Shown here piece by piece: positions 24,628 through 37,212 of a stretch of DNA of 64,000 bases. The position numbers and the translations under genes are program-made. How positions within the stretch are numbered: the first letter of the stretch is position 1; the number at the start of each line of letters is the position of its first letter. Under the pieces are notes generated by a model. The model did not search any database. It saw only the letters and a program-made list of their open reading frames with translations, and had not been told where the DNA came from. Source of the DNA: Lama guanicoe (lineage: Eukaryota); contig MU053487.1 of NCBI GenBank assembly GCA_013239625.1, positions 2,067,058-2,131,057 on the forward strand, given 5' to 3'.

Positions 24628-26409
24628 GTAAGTTGGGGCGTGGAGATCAGGCACCGCCCCGGCGCGAACGGGAATCACATCCCCCATCATCCGGGTCAGC
24701 AGGCAGCGGCAGCTGACTTCCAGGCCCCTCTCCTTCTCTGCCAGCTCTGGGATTCAATCTGGGCACGTGTTTGATATTCTGGACAGAAACCGGGCTTAAT
24801 TACAGGTGGGTTTCAGGAATTTGACTACAATACTCCCTGAGTTCCATCTCCTGAGCTCTCATGCCCTAAGGACATAGCTGCACTGGGGTTTAGGAGTCGC
24901 TTCCAGACCTTTCTGTTCACACGTCATTTCCCCCACTGACCTACGCTGGATGAGCAGACCATCCCAGAGAGAAGTCAGTCACTCCACACTACACCGGAAG
25001 TACTCAGGTAAATGCCTGCTCAGGTCGGGGGTGATGCGGGGGCGTGGGGGCCTCACCCTGGCTCCTCCCCAGCAGAGGTAACTAAGACTCACTCAGAACC
25101 TGATCTGCACATCTAGGCAGACGTTCTTTATTAATAGCACTTGATTTTCTAATAGCTTAAGCCCTTCTTACAGTAATTTCTAAAGTATGTATTAAATGCT
25201 AACTACATGCTATTGTTTGCTAAGATTGATGGAAAAAAAAACACACCTGTTAAAGCAGAACTTACACATAACCAGCCCCTTATGCTTGAATCTTGATGCT
25301 GAGCCTCTTTGATGTCAACAACTACTTCATTTCCCCTCATTTTTCAAAAAAATATTTATGAAGTATTTACTACCACCAGCAAAGCTGTCCTCGGGTCACT
25401 CATAACCCAGCAAGGCTGCAGGTCCTGCCTTGCGTTGTTACCTTGGGCTGAATGCATTCTCCCAGCAGAAGTTATCCCTCCCAATTCTAATCCCCACAGG
25501 TGAAGCCCAGGGATGTGCTGCCTTGGACAGATTTTCCACCTGACTATTTGTCCCTGCCTTTTCCAGATAGGAAGCTTAAGAGATGCATCGAACACCCCAC
25601 AGCTGCTTTGTCAGCAGCCGTTTTATGAGGTACCACTTCCTTAGCTCTAGGAATTCATTCATGGCTCTTTGCTGGTTGGAACGGTGCCTCTGTGATCCCA
25701 CCCCCCGACCCTGCTTCATCTATCAGGGCCCCCTTTGCCAACCCGCACACACCTAAAACGCACCGCTAGGCAGGTGTCACATGGGGAAACCTGTGCATTC
25801 AGATTGATGCAGGTGTTTAGTTGAGGACTTAGCAGTGACAATAGAGAGATGAATCAGAGAGCCAGGCAGTAACACTGCAGGACCACACAGCCCAAGTCTG
25901 TCCAGCTGTGCACATCCAGCAACCGAATCCAGCCAGCATCCCCGAAGTTCATCAGTATCTTAGGAACAAACTCCCCAGAGGGGTACAGAAACCAGGTCTG
26001 CATTTCATGGATTCAAGTCCCCTCAGCCACTGTCCCCTTAGTCTGATTTCTGCCCGCCTTCTTCCCCGGACACTTTCACCCAATCGCCGACAGCTTCATC
26101 GCTAATTGTACCAGACATTGTCCTTGGCCCCTCCTACTGCTGGACTTCACTCAGGGATTGTAAGGCCTTCCATCAGCGGCCTAGGCTCTCTCTGCCTCAG
26201 TCACCTGACCTCTAAAGTGAAGATAATAATAACACTAAATCCACAGGGTTGGGATCTTTAAGTGAAATAACAAATGTAAATACTATCCATACGTCAGTGA
26301 CCCTGAAACTTCACTTCTAGCATTAGGCCCCTTGCTGCCTCCGGGTGCCTGTAGCCTGCTGGACACGGCCACCTGAATGGAGGACAGGCATCTTCACGTT
26401 AACATACCC

Positions 26410-28700
26410 AAGCTGAAAACTTCCCCAACTTGGGAAAGGAAACAGTCACCCAAGTCCAGGAAGCTCAGAGAGTTCCACACAGGATCAACCCAGAGAGGAA
26501 CACACCAAGGCACATAGCCATCAAACTGACAACAATTAAGGATAAGGAGAAAATATATTGAAAGTGATGTAAAGGGGAAAACTTAACCAAGAATACTTTA
26601 CCCAGCAAGGCTCTATGCAGATTTGGTGGAGAAATCCAAAGCTTCACAGATAAACAAAAGCTAATAAAATTCAGCACCACCAAACCAGCTTTACAACAAA
26701 TGTTAAAGGAGCTTCTCTAGTCATCAAACCACAAGAAAAGGGAACAAAAATAAAAAAAAAAAGACCTACAAAACAGTTAACAAAATGGCAATAAGAACAT
26801 ATGTATCAATTATTAACTTAAATGTCAGTGGATTAAACACTCCAACCAAAAGACATAGACTGGCTGAATGGATACAAAAACAAGACCCATATATATGCTG
26901 TCTCTAAGAGACTCACGTCAGAGCTAGAGACACCTGCAGGCTGAAAGTGAGAGGATGGAAAAAGATATTCCATGCAAACAGACACCTAAATGAAGCTGGA
27001 ATAGCAAAACTTCTATCAGACAAAATAGATCTTAAACTACTGCTACAAGAGACAAGGATACTACATAATGCTCAAGGGACCAATCCAAGAAGAGGATGTA
27101 ATAATTGTAAATATATATATGCAGCCAACATAGGAGCACCTCAATATATAAGGCAGTTAAAGGAGAAATCAACAATAACACAATAATAGTGGGGGACCTT
27201 AACACCCCGCTTCCATCAAATGGACAGATCATCCAGACAGAAAATCAGTAAGAAATGCAGGCCCTAAATGGCACATTAGACCAGACGGTCTATCTGTTGA
27301 GCATTCCCTCTGAAAGCAACAGAATATACATTTTTCTCAAGTGCACATGGAATATTCTCCAGGATCAATCACATGTTGGCCTACAAAGCAAGCCTAAGTA
27401 AATTTAATTGAAATTGTACAAAGACTATACTACCAAGGTACAGTAATCAAAACAGTATGGTACTGGCACAAAAACACACAGATCAATGGAACAGGATGCA
27501 AAGTCCAGAAATAAACCCACTCACTTACGCTCAGTTAATCCGTGACAAAGGAGACAAGAATAGACAATAGAGAAATGACTCTCTTCAACAAATGGTGCTG
27601 GGAAAACTGGACAGCTACCTGTAAAAGACAAACTAGAACACTGTCTAACACCATATACAGAAAAAAAAAAAAGGATTAAAGACTTAAATGAAGAGCAGAT
27701 ACTACAAAACTCCTAGAGGAAAACATAGGTAGAACACTTTTGGACATAAATCACAGCAATATTGTTTTCAAACCAGCTCCTAGAGTAATAGAAATAAAAG
27801 CAAAAATAAGCAAATGGGACCTAATTAAATTTAAAAGCTTTTTTGCACAGCTAAGCATACCATCAACAAAACCTACAGAATGGGAGAAAATATTTGCAAA
27901 TGATGTGACTGACAAGGGACTAATTTCCAAAATATACAAACAGCTCACACAATGAAAAAAAAAAACAAGCAACCCAATCAAAAAATAGGCAGAAGATCTA
28001 AATAGACACCTCTCCAAAGAAGACATCCAGATGGGCAACAAGCACATGAAAAGATGCTCAACATCACTGATTGTTAAAGAAATGCAAATCAAAACTACAA
28101 TGAGGTATCACCTCACACTAGTCTTCAGAGTGGCCACCATTCAAAAGTCTGGAGATGGTGTGGAGAAAAAGGAACCCTCCTACACTGTTAGTGGGAATGT
28201 AAATTGGTGCAGCCATTATGGAGGACAGTATGGAGATTCTTCAAAAAAGTAAATACAGACTTCCCATGTGATCCAGCAATCCCACTCCTGGGCATATATC
28301 AGGAGAAAAATATAATTCAAAAAGATACATGCACCCCTGGGTTCACAGCAGCACTATATACAATAGCTAAGACACGGAAACAACCCAAATGTCCATTGAC
28401 AGATAAATGGATAAAGAAGCTGTGGTATGTTTATACAATGGAATACTACTCATAAAAAATTATAAAACAGTGTCATTGCAACACCCTGGATGGACCTGGA
28501 AATTGTCACTCTAAGTGAAGTAATTCAGAAAGATAAAGAAAAATACCATATTATATCACCTATATGTGGCGTCTTAAAAAAAGAGACACAAATGAACTTA
28601 TCTGCAAAACAGAAACAGACTCACAGACATAGAGAGCAAACTTATGGTTACCAGAGGGTAAAGGGGGTGGGAAGGGATAAATTAGGAGTTTGAAATTTGC
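26410..28700 (+). mobile_element. Sense L1 with partial ORF1, ORF2 endonuclease region, a large internal deletion and the ORF2 C-terminus/3' UTR
   Basis: ORF1 remnant (gaaaacttccccaac...cacaccaaggcacata), ORF2 start atggcaataagaaca at ~26785, EN motifs (GWKKIFHAN), then a jump at ~27415 to cagtaatcaaaacagtatggtactggc and the C-terminal motifs. Confidence 0.9.
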
Positions 28701-28704
28701 ATCT

Positions 28705-28858
28705 CTTGGGGAGTGATAGAAAAGTTAGCTATCATGATTGTGGTGGTAGTTTCACTGGCGTATACATCTATCAAAATTCATCAAATTGTGTATCTGAAAT
28801 ATGTGTAGTTTACTGTACAGGAATCATACCACAATAAAGGTGTTTTTAAAAAAAAAAG
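28705..28858 (+). mobile_element. Old L1 (L1MB/MC-like) 3' terminus with AATAAA
   Basis: gattgtggtggtagtttcac...tcaaaattcatcaaattgt...ataccacAATAAAgg followed by an A run. Confidence 0.65.
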
Positions 28859-29319
28859 GAACTAGGAAAAAAAACGTTAACACACCCAAATGGACTGTTG
28901 ATTCCCTCATTCACTTCTCCACCAACCCAAACTGGTTCTTCCCCAGCTGCTCCTGCTGTCAGAGGAGCGGCATTCTACTAGATGAACTGGCAGAATGTCA
29001 TCATCAGCCTTGGCACCCCTGTTCTCACACCTCGTATCCAGTCTGTTGGCAAATTTTATCTCCTATTCTTTAAAATCATGCCCAGCACATACGCATCACT
29101 TCCTTCCCCACATCATGCCTCCTGGTCCAGATTTATTGATGTTGTCACCCATTCCTCAGGAGTTAAGGTCTCTATTTTCCCTGGGGATTTGTTTACTCAA
29201 AAAGTGGTCTTGTTACAATTTTATAATATGAAGAGCTGTATTTAGGAATCACTAATATGAAGCATGATTGCTACTCATGAAGTCATCATAAGGTCCCAAA
29301 GTCTCAGAGATGGAACTTA

Positions 29320-29490
29320 GAGACACTCACTACCTCATGTGTGGCCCATAGACCAGCCGTCTGGGCATCACTTGCGAGCCTGTTGGAAAGGCAGAATCTC
29401 AGGCTCCCCCAGACCCTAGCATCAGAATTTCCATACGAATTTGTAATTCCTATGCTTGTTAACATTTGAGAAGCAGGGATTAGAGACCAT
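29320..29490 (+). mobile_element. MER5A-like hAT element
   Basis: ggcatcacttgcgagcctgttggaaaggcagaatctcaggctccc...tttgagaagca. Confidence 0.65.
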
Positions 29491-31048
29491 TGTCCTAAAA
29501 CACACAGAGATACACAGACATAGAGACATACACACAACAGATACCATGTAGATAAGGAAATTGAGACGTGGAGTAATACACTCAAAAGACATAAAATCGA
29601 TTTTTTGTTGTCTCTTAAAAAAGAGCATAAGCTAAGGAGCACTCTCTCAGTCTTGTTCAAAGAAATCTTTTGAAAGAACCTAGCAAGCAATAAGTCTCTA
29701 AAAGCTTTGGATATTTATTAACTATTCCTTTGATCAGCAGTAGCCTTCTTGACATGCCCTCTTTGAAGCGAGGGGGATTAATTATGCAGCAGTTTGCTTC
29801 AAAACATGTTCCTTTGATTTGGAGTTAATGCTCTGTCCATGCAGTTTGAGAAACAACACAGAGAAACCAGCCTGCTTCTATGGTCCAGGTTCCCACTAGG
29901 CTTCGCACAGTCTCGGCAAGGAAAGCTTCAGTTCTGCACTACCTGTCTCATGTATGCTCTAAAACACACACAGTGCACACAGCTATCATTTCTGCCAGCC
30001 AGGTGTTATGTCAGAGTCCTTGAGGAATATTTCCAAAGTCAGCTCAGAAGCAAGGACAGTTCATACATCTTTACTGCTAAGAGTGCAGCCTCTGCTTTCT
30101 CTCTTTCATGATAAAAGCTCTTGGGGCAGGCAGGTCTGAGTACTTCCCATTTTTTTTTAAACACTATTGTTGGATTCATCAGAAATAGATGTGGGGAGAG
30201 TTGTTGGTCTTCATCTTTGGCTTAACTGCCAGAAACTCTGCTGGAAGCAAGGTGATGAGCAGAGGGAGACGTAAAATGTAGGCTGTCTGTTTTAGCTGGA
30301 AATGCCAAATAATGACATGACTGGCTGCCTTCAATAATTGCACTTCAGTGTGACTGTACATGGTCATAATTGTCTTAGAAGGGACGCCAGACAAATTCAT
30401 AAAAACAGTCTTTGAAAGGGACTGGGCTAATCACATCCACTTGAGGATATTACTAAGGCCAATATTACCTTATTTTGCACTAAAGCAAAAAAAAAATTGC
30501 CCAGAAAGAAAAAAGGCAAGCTCCGATTTGGAAAATTTATCCTTGCTTTAGCATAAGCTGGTTCGCTATCTCAAATTTTGAGTTGTCTCACACACACAAA
30601 AAAGCAGCAAATATATTTTAATGGCTCTTTAGGCAGATGCCCTGATTCTGGTCCCTCTTCAATGGAAAATTCCAAAATTACAGATGCAAATATTTATGGT
30701 GTGTTTTTTGCAACAAACACTTAGTTTCTAGACCAGGTAAAGGTCTCTTGAAAAACATAGAATATTCTCATTCCAGCTCTGTGGATGGCTGAATGTTCGG
30801 AGAAAAATTTCCCAGTTTAGCACTCCTAAAACTACTAAGAGAACAAATTTTTAAATAATTTCTAGTTACTGTATGAGCTGGCAGCAAAAGAAGGCAATTC
30901 CTTAGTCTAGAAGTGACAATAAAGCACAAATCCAGAGAGAGAAGGAGGTGAGGACCAATGTTTACTGTGCACAACCCTGGGGCCTCCGATTGGGGAATAG
31001 CAGGTCCCATGCAGGGGCAATAAAGGGCCAAAGCTGGGATACATCAGT

Positions 31049-31186
31049 TTGTGTGTGTGCATGCACGCACACACACACGCATGTGTACACACACATATAT
31101 ACATATATATATACACACATATAACAATCATTCTGCTTTACAACTGAAACTAACAATATTATAAATCAACTATACTTCAATAAAAA
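31049..31186 (+). repeat. Compound (TG)/(CA)/(TA) microsatellite joined to an L1 3' tail
   Basis: gtgtgtgtgcatgcacgcacacacac...atatatatac followed by ctgaaactaacaatattataaatcaactatacttcaataaaaaa. Confidence 0.7.
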
Positions 31187-31580
31187 AGTAAGTTTCTAAG
31201 AACACATGGAACTATTATAAAAATTGATCACCAGCTGGGCCATAAAGCAAGCTTCATAAATTTCACTAATAATATCACTTGTTAGCAAATCAGTATGATA
31301 TAGAATGCATCTTTCTGACTACAGTGCAAATAAGATAGAAATCAATAGTCAAAAGATAGCAGGGAAAATCCATAATGTAGGAAATTAAAAACATACTTTT
31401 AAAAAGCTCGTGTGTCAAAGAAGAATTCATAATGAAAACTGAAATATACATACAACTAAATAATGTAACCACTACATATAAAAACGAAGAATGCAGCTAA
31501 AATTGTGCCTTAAGTATCTACTATTCTAATTCTAGCTATTATTCTATTAAAAAATAAGAAAGGCTGAAAAGTAATAATCT

Positions 31581-32221
31581 TTTCTTTAATGGAAACTATC
31601 ATTTTTTAATTTGTTTTAAACATTCTTTTATTGAGTTATAGTCATTTTACAATGTTGTGTCAAATTCCAGTGTAGAGCACAATTTTTCAGTTATACATGC
31701 ACATGCATATATTCATTGTCACTTTTTTTCGCTGTGAGCTATCACAAGATCTTATATATATTTCCCTGTGCTATACAGTATAATCTTGTTTATCTATTCT
31801 ACATATGCCTATCAGTATGTACAAATTTTGAAATCCCATTCTGTCCCTTCCCACCCCCTGCCCCTTGGCAACCACAAGTTTGTGTTCTATGTCTGAGTCT
31901 GTTTGTTTTGTATTTATGTTCTTTTTTTTTTTTAGATTCCACATACAAGTGATATCATATGGTATTTTTTCTTTCTCTTTCTGGCTTACTTCACTTAGAA
32001 TGACATTCTCCAGGAGCATCCATGTTGCTGCAAATGGCATTATGTTGTCAGTTTTTATGGCTGAATAGTATTCCATTGTATAAATATACCACATATTCTT
32101 TATCCAGTCATATGTTGATGGACATTTAGGCTGTTTCCATGTCTTGGCTATTGTAAACAGTGCTGCTGTGGACAGTGGGTGCAGGTTGTCTTTTTGAAGT
32201 AGGGTTCTTTCTGGATATATG
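31581..32221 (-). mobile_element. 5'-truncated younger L1 inserted in the old L1
   Basis: ORF 31771..32247(-) has [17 protein letters not shown]...MEYYSAIK. TSD TGAAAAGTAA(T/C)AATCT at 31565-31580 and 32222-32237. Confidence 0.9.
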
Positions 32222-32320
32222 TGAAAAGTAACAATCTTAAGCATCATATTCAGAAAAAGAAATAGAACAAACCCAAAAAAAGCAGAAGGATGGCAATAAT
32301 AAAGATAAGAACAGAAGTCA

Positions 32321-33420
32321 GGGAAGGTGTAGCTCAGCGATAGAGTGCATGCTTAGCATGCACAAGGTCCTGGTTTCAATCCCTAGTACCTTTGTTAAAA
32401 ATAATAAAAACAAACAAATGGGACCTTAATTAAACATATAAGCTTTTGCACAGCAAAGGAGACCATAAGCAAAACGACAACCTATGGAACAGGAGAAAAT
32501 ATTTGCAAAAACTGACAAAGGCTTAATTTCCAGAATACATAAACAGCTCATACAACTTAAGAAAAAAAAACAAACAACCCAATCCAAAACTGGGCAGAAG
32601 ACCTAAACAAGCAATTCTCCAATGAAGACATACAAATAGTCAATTAGGTACATGAAAAAGTGCCCAATACCGCTAATTATCAGAGAAATACAAATCAAAA
32701 TTACAATGAGGTATCACCTCACACCAGCAAGAATGTCCATCATTCAAAAATCCACAAACAACAAATGCTACAGAGGCTGTCGGGAAAAGGGAGCCTTCCT
32801 ACACTGCGGGTGGAAATGTCCTTTGGTGCAGCCATTACGGAAAACAGTATGGAGATTCCTCAAAAAACTAAAAATACACTTACCATATATACAGCAATCC
32901 CACTCCTGGGTATATATCTGGGGGGAACTCTAATTCGAAAAGATACATGCACCCCAATGCCATTTGCAGCAACATGGATAGACCTAGAGATCGTTATTCT
33001 AAGTGAAGTAAGCCAAGAAGGAAAAGAAAAATAACATAACATTCATATATGGAATCTAAAAAAAGAAAAGGACACTATGAACTCATCTACAAAACATCAA
33101 CACTCTTGCAGACATAGTAAACAATCTTATGGTTACTGGGGGAGACAGGGTGGGAAGGGATAAATTTGGGAGTTTGAGATTTGCATATGTTAGCCACTAT
33201 ATATAAACATAGATTTTTAAAAAATTAAGTTTCTCTGTATAGCACAGGGAACTATATTCAATATCTTACAATAACCTTTAATGAAAATAAATACATGCAT
33301 GTATGTTCAGGACATTGTGCTGTACACCAGAAATTGACACACTGTGACTGTACTTCAATTAAAAATAATAACAATAAAATAAAAAAAAAACCTAATTACC
33401 TCCCCTCCACAAAAAAAAAA
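32321..33420 (+). mobile_element. Vic-1-like SINE split by an L1 insertion (SINE head ~32321-32405, SINE tail ~33391-33420)
   Basis: tRNA-Ala-like head gtagctcagcgatagagtgcatgcttagcatgcacaaggtcctggtttcaatccc. The tail cctaattacctcccc plus poly(A) lies ~1 kb later. Flanking repeat AAGATAAGA(A/G)CAGAA at ~32302 and ~33421. Confidence 0.85.
32408..33390 (+). mobile_element. 5'-truncated L1 inside the SINE
   Basis: ORF2p C-terminal fragments ([24 protein letters not shown]), 3' UTR and an A-rich tail. Confidence 0.9.
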
Positions 33421-35669
33421 AAGATAAGAGCAGAAATTATTAAATTACACAGGTAGGTCAATAAATTCTAAGAATGGTTCTTTAAGGAAAATAAAATTTG
33501 CAGTTGCTAACAACTTTTTAAGAATAGGGGAGAGACGAAACAAAAAGTAATCATTTTAAAAGGAAGAATATAACATAGGCTGAGAGGAAAGAATCTTATG
33601 ATCACCTTCACACAATACTTTTAAAGCTTTTCCTTTGGACAGCTGCCAAGGAAGTTATCCATGACCAAAGTCTGACTCAAGCGGAAACAGAGAACTTGAC
33701 TCTGCTTCCAATTATGATAGAAACGGAATCAATATTTTAAATTTTTGCACAATGAAAATACCAGTTCCAGGCAACTTTATAAGTAAATTCCACCAAACAT
33801 TTGAGGAAGATAAAATTTCCAGATTACATAAGCTCTTCCAGGACATCAAAAAGTACCCAAGAGGATGGGCAGCATCATTGCCTAACCTTAGTTAATGGGG
33901 CTGGTATGACACTGACCTCAAAATCAAACGAGGACGGTGTCAGGAAGAAAATCACTGGCTAGTCTCCCTCTCAAATATAAATGCAGAAATCTGAAACAAA
34001 ACCATCTTAGTACACTGAATCCAGTAATGCACTGGAGAAAGGCACTGCACAGTTACCAAGCCGAACTTACGCCAGGGATGCAAATTTGAGTCAATGTCAG
34101 ATAAGCTGGAAAACGTAACTTGTACATGACCAGATGAAAGAGGAAAAACCAAATCATCATCTCAAGGCAGACGTGGGCCTCCCAGGACTACAAAGTGAAA
34201 AAAGACAGAATATGGAAAAGGAAAAGAGGAGAGTCCTTTGGGGACCAGCAAAAACTAAAGATTCATTTTGCATATGTAACCTTAGAAAATATGCCTGCAT
34301 GATGGACATAGCCTTTGAATGTTTTCCTGGGTGAAATCAACAAATAATTTCTCATAAAATGAATTTAAAGCACCAAACATAAAAGGTGTCTGATATATTT
34401 TTTGATGAAATAGTTCTTTTTTTTAGTGCCTTTCCCTTCAAATCAAAGTCTTTGAAATAGCCAGAAGGAATAGGTTATAAAAATCATTTTTTGCAGTGTT
34501 CTAGTTTTGCTTCCAAGCGTATAGCTGAAAACACATTTGGAGTCACTTCAAATGATTTTCAGCATAGCTCACAAAAATGGTGCGCACTTTGAACCAGATG
34601 GCTGATGGGTAGTCAATAAAAACCTAAAATAATATGAAATTACAAAATTGTAAAATCTGTCAAACTAAATATTGCATACACACCTCATGTAGTTCCCCTT
34701 TTAGTGCCAATCAAGAATTTTCCAGGAAGATTTTCTTTGCATTCAAGGATTCAGTATTCTTTAAATGCATCCAGTTTTATACTTAAAGAATCAGTCTTAT
34801 GCCAGGATTTCAGGTAGTCACATAAAAGCAGAGAAAAGTATTGCTAGTCTCTACTCTGTTTAATCCAGGAAGGTACACGGCCAAATACTGAGACACACAA
34901 GGTCTGCAGGATCAGGCCTTCGTTTTCCCTCTCCTACAAACCAGGGCTCCTTCAGTGACTGCATGCTGGCTTCCTAGGGATGATGGAATTGCACCCCAGG
35001 TTCTGGAACTGTAAACTGTGGAGAACAGGTGTTTACTAAGCATCGGGACACTGACAGGGGCTCTTGATGTGAAGCGGGTTTTCTACAGCCCACGGCTACT
35101 GAGTCCACTGTGAGGACAGTGCACTCACTGCAGTAGGGACAGAGCTTTCCGGGTGTGTTGCTCTTCCTCTGCTGACTCCCTGGATACTCTCAAGGGACAC
35201 CAGAGGGACGACTAAAGCAGCATGTGTTATTTTTGAATGGCAAGTCTTGTAAAAGGTAGATCAACACCACAACCCTGTTGTATCAACTTGGAGACACTGG
35301 CCACATTTTATTTTTGTTTAAGGAAGATATGGGATGCTGGTCTCCAAGGCAGATATGGCTGACTGAACTGGCGACAGCAGAGGCCCCCACACCCAGCAGG
35401 GACCTCCCACTGCTGTGTGTGTGGACAGTGAAAACCCCTGCCCATTTTAAGCAGCTGTTTTCTTTACCAAAGGCCACAGAGTGGCTGTTTAAATGCCAAA
35501 GGTAGAGAATTATATATGCCAAGAACAAACTAAATGAGAAACCACTATTTAATTTTTTCCCCAAATAATAGCCCCAGTACATTGACAATAAGAGATCAAG
35601 GAAATACTTTGAAGTTTAAGACTAAAGCTTAAATCTGCAAGATAGAATATAGATACCATTAAGAAACTA

Positions 35670-36625
35670 GAAAACAAGGACCTACCGTAGAGCACAGGGA
35701 ACTGTTGTCAATATCTTGTAACAACCTGTAATGGAAAAGAATCTGAATCTGAAAAAGAAAAAGAAAAAAATATATATATACAGCCATTATGGAAAACCGT
35801 ATGGAGATTACTCAAAAAACAAAAAATAGCGTTACCACATGATCCAGCAATCTCACTCCTGGGCATATACCCGGAGGGAAGTCTTAATTCGAAAAGACAC
35901 ATGCACCCCAGTGTTCATAGCAGCACTATCTACAATAGCAAAGACATGCAAGCAACCTTAATGTCCATTGACAGATGACTGGATAAAGAAGTTGTGATAT
36001 ATTTATACAATGCAATACTACTCAGCAATGAAAATAATAAAATAATGCCATTTTCAGCAACATGGATGGACCTGGAGATCATCATTCTAAGTGAGGTAAG
36101 CCAAGAAGAGAAAGAAAAATACCGTATGGTATCATTTATATGTGGAATCTAAGAAAAAGAGGACACTATGAACTCATCTACAAAACAGAAACAGACTGAC
36201 AGACACAGTAAACAATCTTATGGTTACTAGGGGAAAGGGAGTGGGAAGGAATAAATTTGGAAGTTTGAGATTTGCAATGTTAACCACTATAAATAGATTT
36301 TTAAAAAACAGGTTTCTTCTATGTAGCACAGGGAACTATATTCAATATCTTCTAATAACCTTTAATGAAAAAGGAGATGAAAATGTATCTAAGTACGTAT
36401 ATGCATGACTGGGACATTGTGCTGTACACCAAAAACTGACACATTGTAACTCACTGTATTTCAATTAAAAAAAAAAGACATAATCAATCCAGCTGGGGAA
36501 AAGTCCCTTTAAAAAAATATACACACACACACATACACACACACAATATATATAGCTGAATCACTTTGCTGTACACCTGAAACTATCACAACATTGTAAA
36601 TCAACTGTACTTCAATTTTTAAAAA
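35670..36625 (+). mobile_element. Older L1 3' tail interrupted by a younger L1 (35781-36476)
   Basis: The outer piece caaggacctaccgtagagcacagggaac...aaagaatctgaa resumes at ~36550 (tatagctgaatcactttgctgtacacctgaaact). The inner L1 runs from cagccattatggaaaacc to tcaattaaaaaa. Confidence 0.85.
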
Positions 36626-37212
36626 GTGGTGGAAGAAGATTAAATGTATGAGACTACAGCTCAGAGAGATACCAGAATAAGTGTTGCAGGTCTTAACGAA
36701 ATCATTTTATTTATATACGTGTGTATATAAATAAATAAAACTGCTCTGCAAATAATAAGGAAAAGGAATTAGAATCAAGATAGTAAGTAGAGATAAAAGA
36801 ATGTGTTGTTTAGGAAAGGAAATTCAAATACAATTAAACTAGGCATACCTTACCCACCATCCCATTAACAAATGATTCAATACATTTAGCAAGGATGAAT
36901 GATGTGGTTTCTGCTCCTGAGAACAACTCTGCCAAAAGAGACCAAGGGATGCAAGAGGGGGCACGCCGGCCTGGAGGTGTGCACAGCGGTGTGGGTCTGC
37001 AGAGAGGGTGGTGCAGACCGCTGCCAAGGGAGGCAGGGAAGCATCACATGGAAGATGACACAAGAGTTGGGTCACTGGGGATGAGGAAAAGGCAGTGAGA
37101 GGTCAAGCTGAAGCTATGGTGTGGAGAATAAATAAAATCACATCTTTCAAGCATGTGTCCAAAACATGCTGAACATACTCATAAAGCTCCTGCTTTTTCC
37201 TGTCTCCTGCAG

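Larger units (their letters stand above)
31190..34170 (+). mobile_element. Old, degenerate L1M ORF2 fragment hosting nested insertions
   Basis: aacacatggaac...aaaattgatcac...ctgggccataaagcaagc, then aaacccaaaaaaagcagaagg...aataataaagataagaacagaa, continuing after 33420 (ccaaacatttgaggaaga, atataaatgcagaaatctgaaacaaaa). Confidence 0.7.

Noticed and set aside
22558..24774. ORFs 22558..22875, 24525..24716 and 24496..24774 as standalone genes
   Set aside because: They are STAC exons extended into intron, or alternative frames of those exons.
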